A stretch of 32,000 nucleotides of DNA from Candidatus Syntropharchaeum caldarium (GTDB taxonomy: Archaea; Halobacteriota; Syntropharchaeia; Syntropharchaeales; Syntropharchaeaceae), in the NCBI GenBank assembly GCA_001766815.1, contig LYOS01000002.1, forward strand, positions 294,577 through 326,576, in the 5' to 3' direction. The position numbers and the translations under genes were made by a program. Position 1 is the first letter of the stretch, and every line of letters starts with the position of its first letter. Of the stretch, positions 30,493 to 32,000 are shown in pieces. Below the pieces are notes generated by a model. It worked only from the letters and a program-made list of their open reading frames with translations. It was not told the origin of the DNA and did no database searches.

Positions 30493-32000
30493 TCACTCAA
30501 CCTCCAGTGCCTCTTTTTCACTGGATAAAAGGAGCTTCTCAGAGACTGTTTCAGGCTCGATGATCTCATCGAGTGGTTCACCAGCAGGCACCATTGGAAA
30601 GACGTTCTCCTCCCGTGCAATCCTGAAATCGATGACAACCACCTCATCGATCTCAAAGGCTTTCTCAAGTGCTGGAACCACCTCTGCTGGGCTTTTAACC
30701 CGCATTCCAACGGCACCAAACGCCTCTGCGAGCTTTACAAAGTCAGTCCTGGATTGAATGTCGGTACAGGAGTAGCGTCTCTCAAAGAAGAGTTCCTGCC
30801 ACTGGCGAACCATCCCGAGGTACTGATTGTTCAATATCATAACCTTGATCGGTATGTGATTCTCAACCGCTGTTGCAAGTTCCTGACACTTCATCATGAA
30901 ACTTCCATCCCCTGCAATATCGATCACCAGTCGATCTGGCAACCCGGCCTTTGCACCGATTGCAGCAGGCAAACCGTATCCCATCGTCCCAAGCCCGCCT
31001 GACGTGAGGAGGGTTCGGGGTTTGGTATATCTGAAGTACTGTGCTGCCCACATCTGGTTCTGTCCAACCTCTGTGACAATGATGGCATCAGGGGCAAGTT
31101 CATTGATCTTCTCGATGATAAACTGTGGCTTAAGTCCATCATCAGGATTGTACCTGAGCGGATATTTTATCTTCCAACGCTGAACCAGATCTAACCATTC
31201 GCTGGTGTGGGGTTTAACCTTTTTAAGCCGATCGATCAACGCCCGCAGGATATTTTTTGCATCACCCACAATCGGAACGTCTGGTATCACAATCTTTCCG
31301 ATCTCAGCAGGGTCTATATCGATGTGTATGACCTTTGCATTTTTTGCAAACTGTGAAGGATCTGTCGCAACACGATCATCAAACCGCACCCCCACCGCGA
31401 TGATAAGGTCTGCACCACAGATTGCATAGTTTGCATACTTTGTACCGTGCATCCCAACCATCCCAAGCGCAAGGGGATGATCCACCGGAAATGCACCAAT
31501 TCCAAGCAGTGTGGTTGTAACAGGTATCTTCATAAGCTCTGCAAGCTCCACAAGCTCTTCTGAAGCACCTGATGCAATAATTCCGCCTCCAGCATAGAGA
31601 ATTGGTTTCTTTGAATTTGCAATTAGTTCTGCTGCTTTTTTAATCTGGCGTGCATGTCCTTTTATCGTGGGTTTGTATCCTCGAAGTTTCACAGCCCGCG
31701 TGAAGAGTCGCTCGTCGAGTTCAAACTCCTCGACCTGAACATCTTTTGGAAGATCGATCAGCACAGGTCCTTTTCTACCAGTGGATGCGATATAGAATGC
31801 TTCTCTGATCACGCGAGGGATCTCTACCGCGCTTTTAATTAAGTACGAATGCTTTGTGATTGGGAGAGTGATCCCTCTGATATCGATCTCCTGAAATGCG
31901 TCGTTCCCGATTGATGTTGTCAGCACCTGCCCTGTGATAGCAACAACCGGGATTGAATCCATGTATGCGTTTGCGATACCTGTCACAAGGTTCGTGGCTC
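30493..32000 (-). CDS. ilvB: Acetolactate synthase large subunit (ThDP-dependent); the N-terminus lies beyond the window end
   Basis: It contains GIANAYMDSIPVVAITGQV, GGLGTMGYGLPAAIGA and GDGSFMM...LNNQYLGMVRQWQ. The frame is open to position 32000. Confidence 0.92.
   Translation of the reverse strand, partial: ATNLVTGIANAYMDSIPVVAITGQVLTTSIGNDAFQEIDIRGITLPITKHSYLIKSAVEIPRVIREAFYIASTGRKGPVLIDLPKDVQVEEFELDERLFTRAVKLRGYKPTIKGHARQIKKAAELIANSKKPILYAGGGIIASGASEELVELAELMKIPVTTTLLGIGAFPVDHPLALGMVGMHGTKYANYAICGADLIIAVGVRFDDRVATDPSQFAKNAKVIHIDIDPAEIGKIVIPDVPIVGDAKNILRALIDRLKKVKPHTSEWLDLVQRWKIKYPLRYNPDDGLKPQFIIEKINELAPDAIIVTEVGQNQMWAAQYFRYTKPRTLLTSGGLGTMGYGLPAAIGAKAGLPDRLVIDIAGDGSFMMKCQELATAVENHIPIKVMILNNQYLGMVRQWQELFFERRYSCTDIQSRTDFVKLAEAFGAVGMRVKSPAEVVPALEKAFEIDEVVVIDFRIAREENVFPMVPAGEPLDEIIEPETVSEKLLLSSEKEALEVE

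Noticed and set aside
29991-30719. 242-aa extended version of the ilvN ORF
   Set aside because: The N-terminal ~76 aa overlap the 3' end of ilvB in another frame and have non-protein-like composition. The ACT-domain protein starts at MVKHTLTV (ATG 30491), 1 nt after the ilvB stop.
1-32000. CRISPR arrays, tRNA/rRNA genes and inteins in nrdJ, mcm or gyrA
   Set aside because: There are no regularly spaced direct repeats or cloverleaf-like intergenic sequences, and the intergenic gaps are too short apart from 14277-14596 and 16023-16179, which I read through. The nrdJ, mcm and gyrA motifs are contiguous and the protein lengths are normal, so there is no intein.

Overview
This is a densely coded archaeal chromosomal segment, about 29 genes with many 4-11 nt overlaps. 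I saw no rRNA, tRNA, CRISPR array, transposase or integrase. The gene content indicates a euryarchaeon of methanogen/ANME (Methanosarcinales-like) type: MCM, FEN1, archaeal-type TIM, GTP-dependent dephospho-CoA kinase, a probable methanogenesis marker protein 3, and DNA gyrase. Most of the window is housekeeping: nrdJ (5'-partial), DPCK, fen, sirC-like, an MFS transporter, a PhoU/TrkA_C protein, hisS, trpB2-trpD-trpF, nadC, tpiA, moaC, mcm, gyrA, ilvN and ilvB (partial). The stand-out region is a ~9.6 kb cell-envelope block at ~7222-16827, between hisS and trpB2. It holds a VanZ-like protein and a 1554-aa N-terminally anchored DUF1616-type surface protein. That protein is built from three [Ig-like + CBM-like] units, with five CarboxypepD_reg-like repeats nested inside the first CBM-like module. 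Translationally coupled to it is an M48/HtpX-like protein whose zinc-binding and catalytic residues are all substituted except one His. Next come an archaeosortase (Cys/Arg/His triad) and two adjacent cargo genes ending in PEF-CTERM sorting signals. Their signal-peptide and sorting-tail DNA is nearly identical while the mature domains are unrelated. A lipobox-bearing PEBP protein closes the block. A second item of interest is a tightly coupled minus-strand operon: GTPase, DUF2073-like, DUF2072-like Zn-ribbon, MoaC, marker protein 3. All calls rest on manual motif and family recognition from the translated ORFs; no database search was run.
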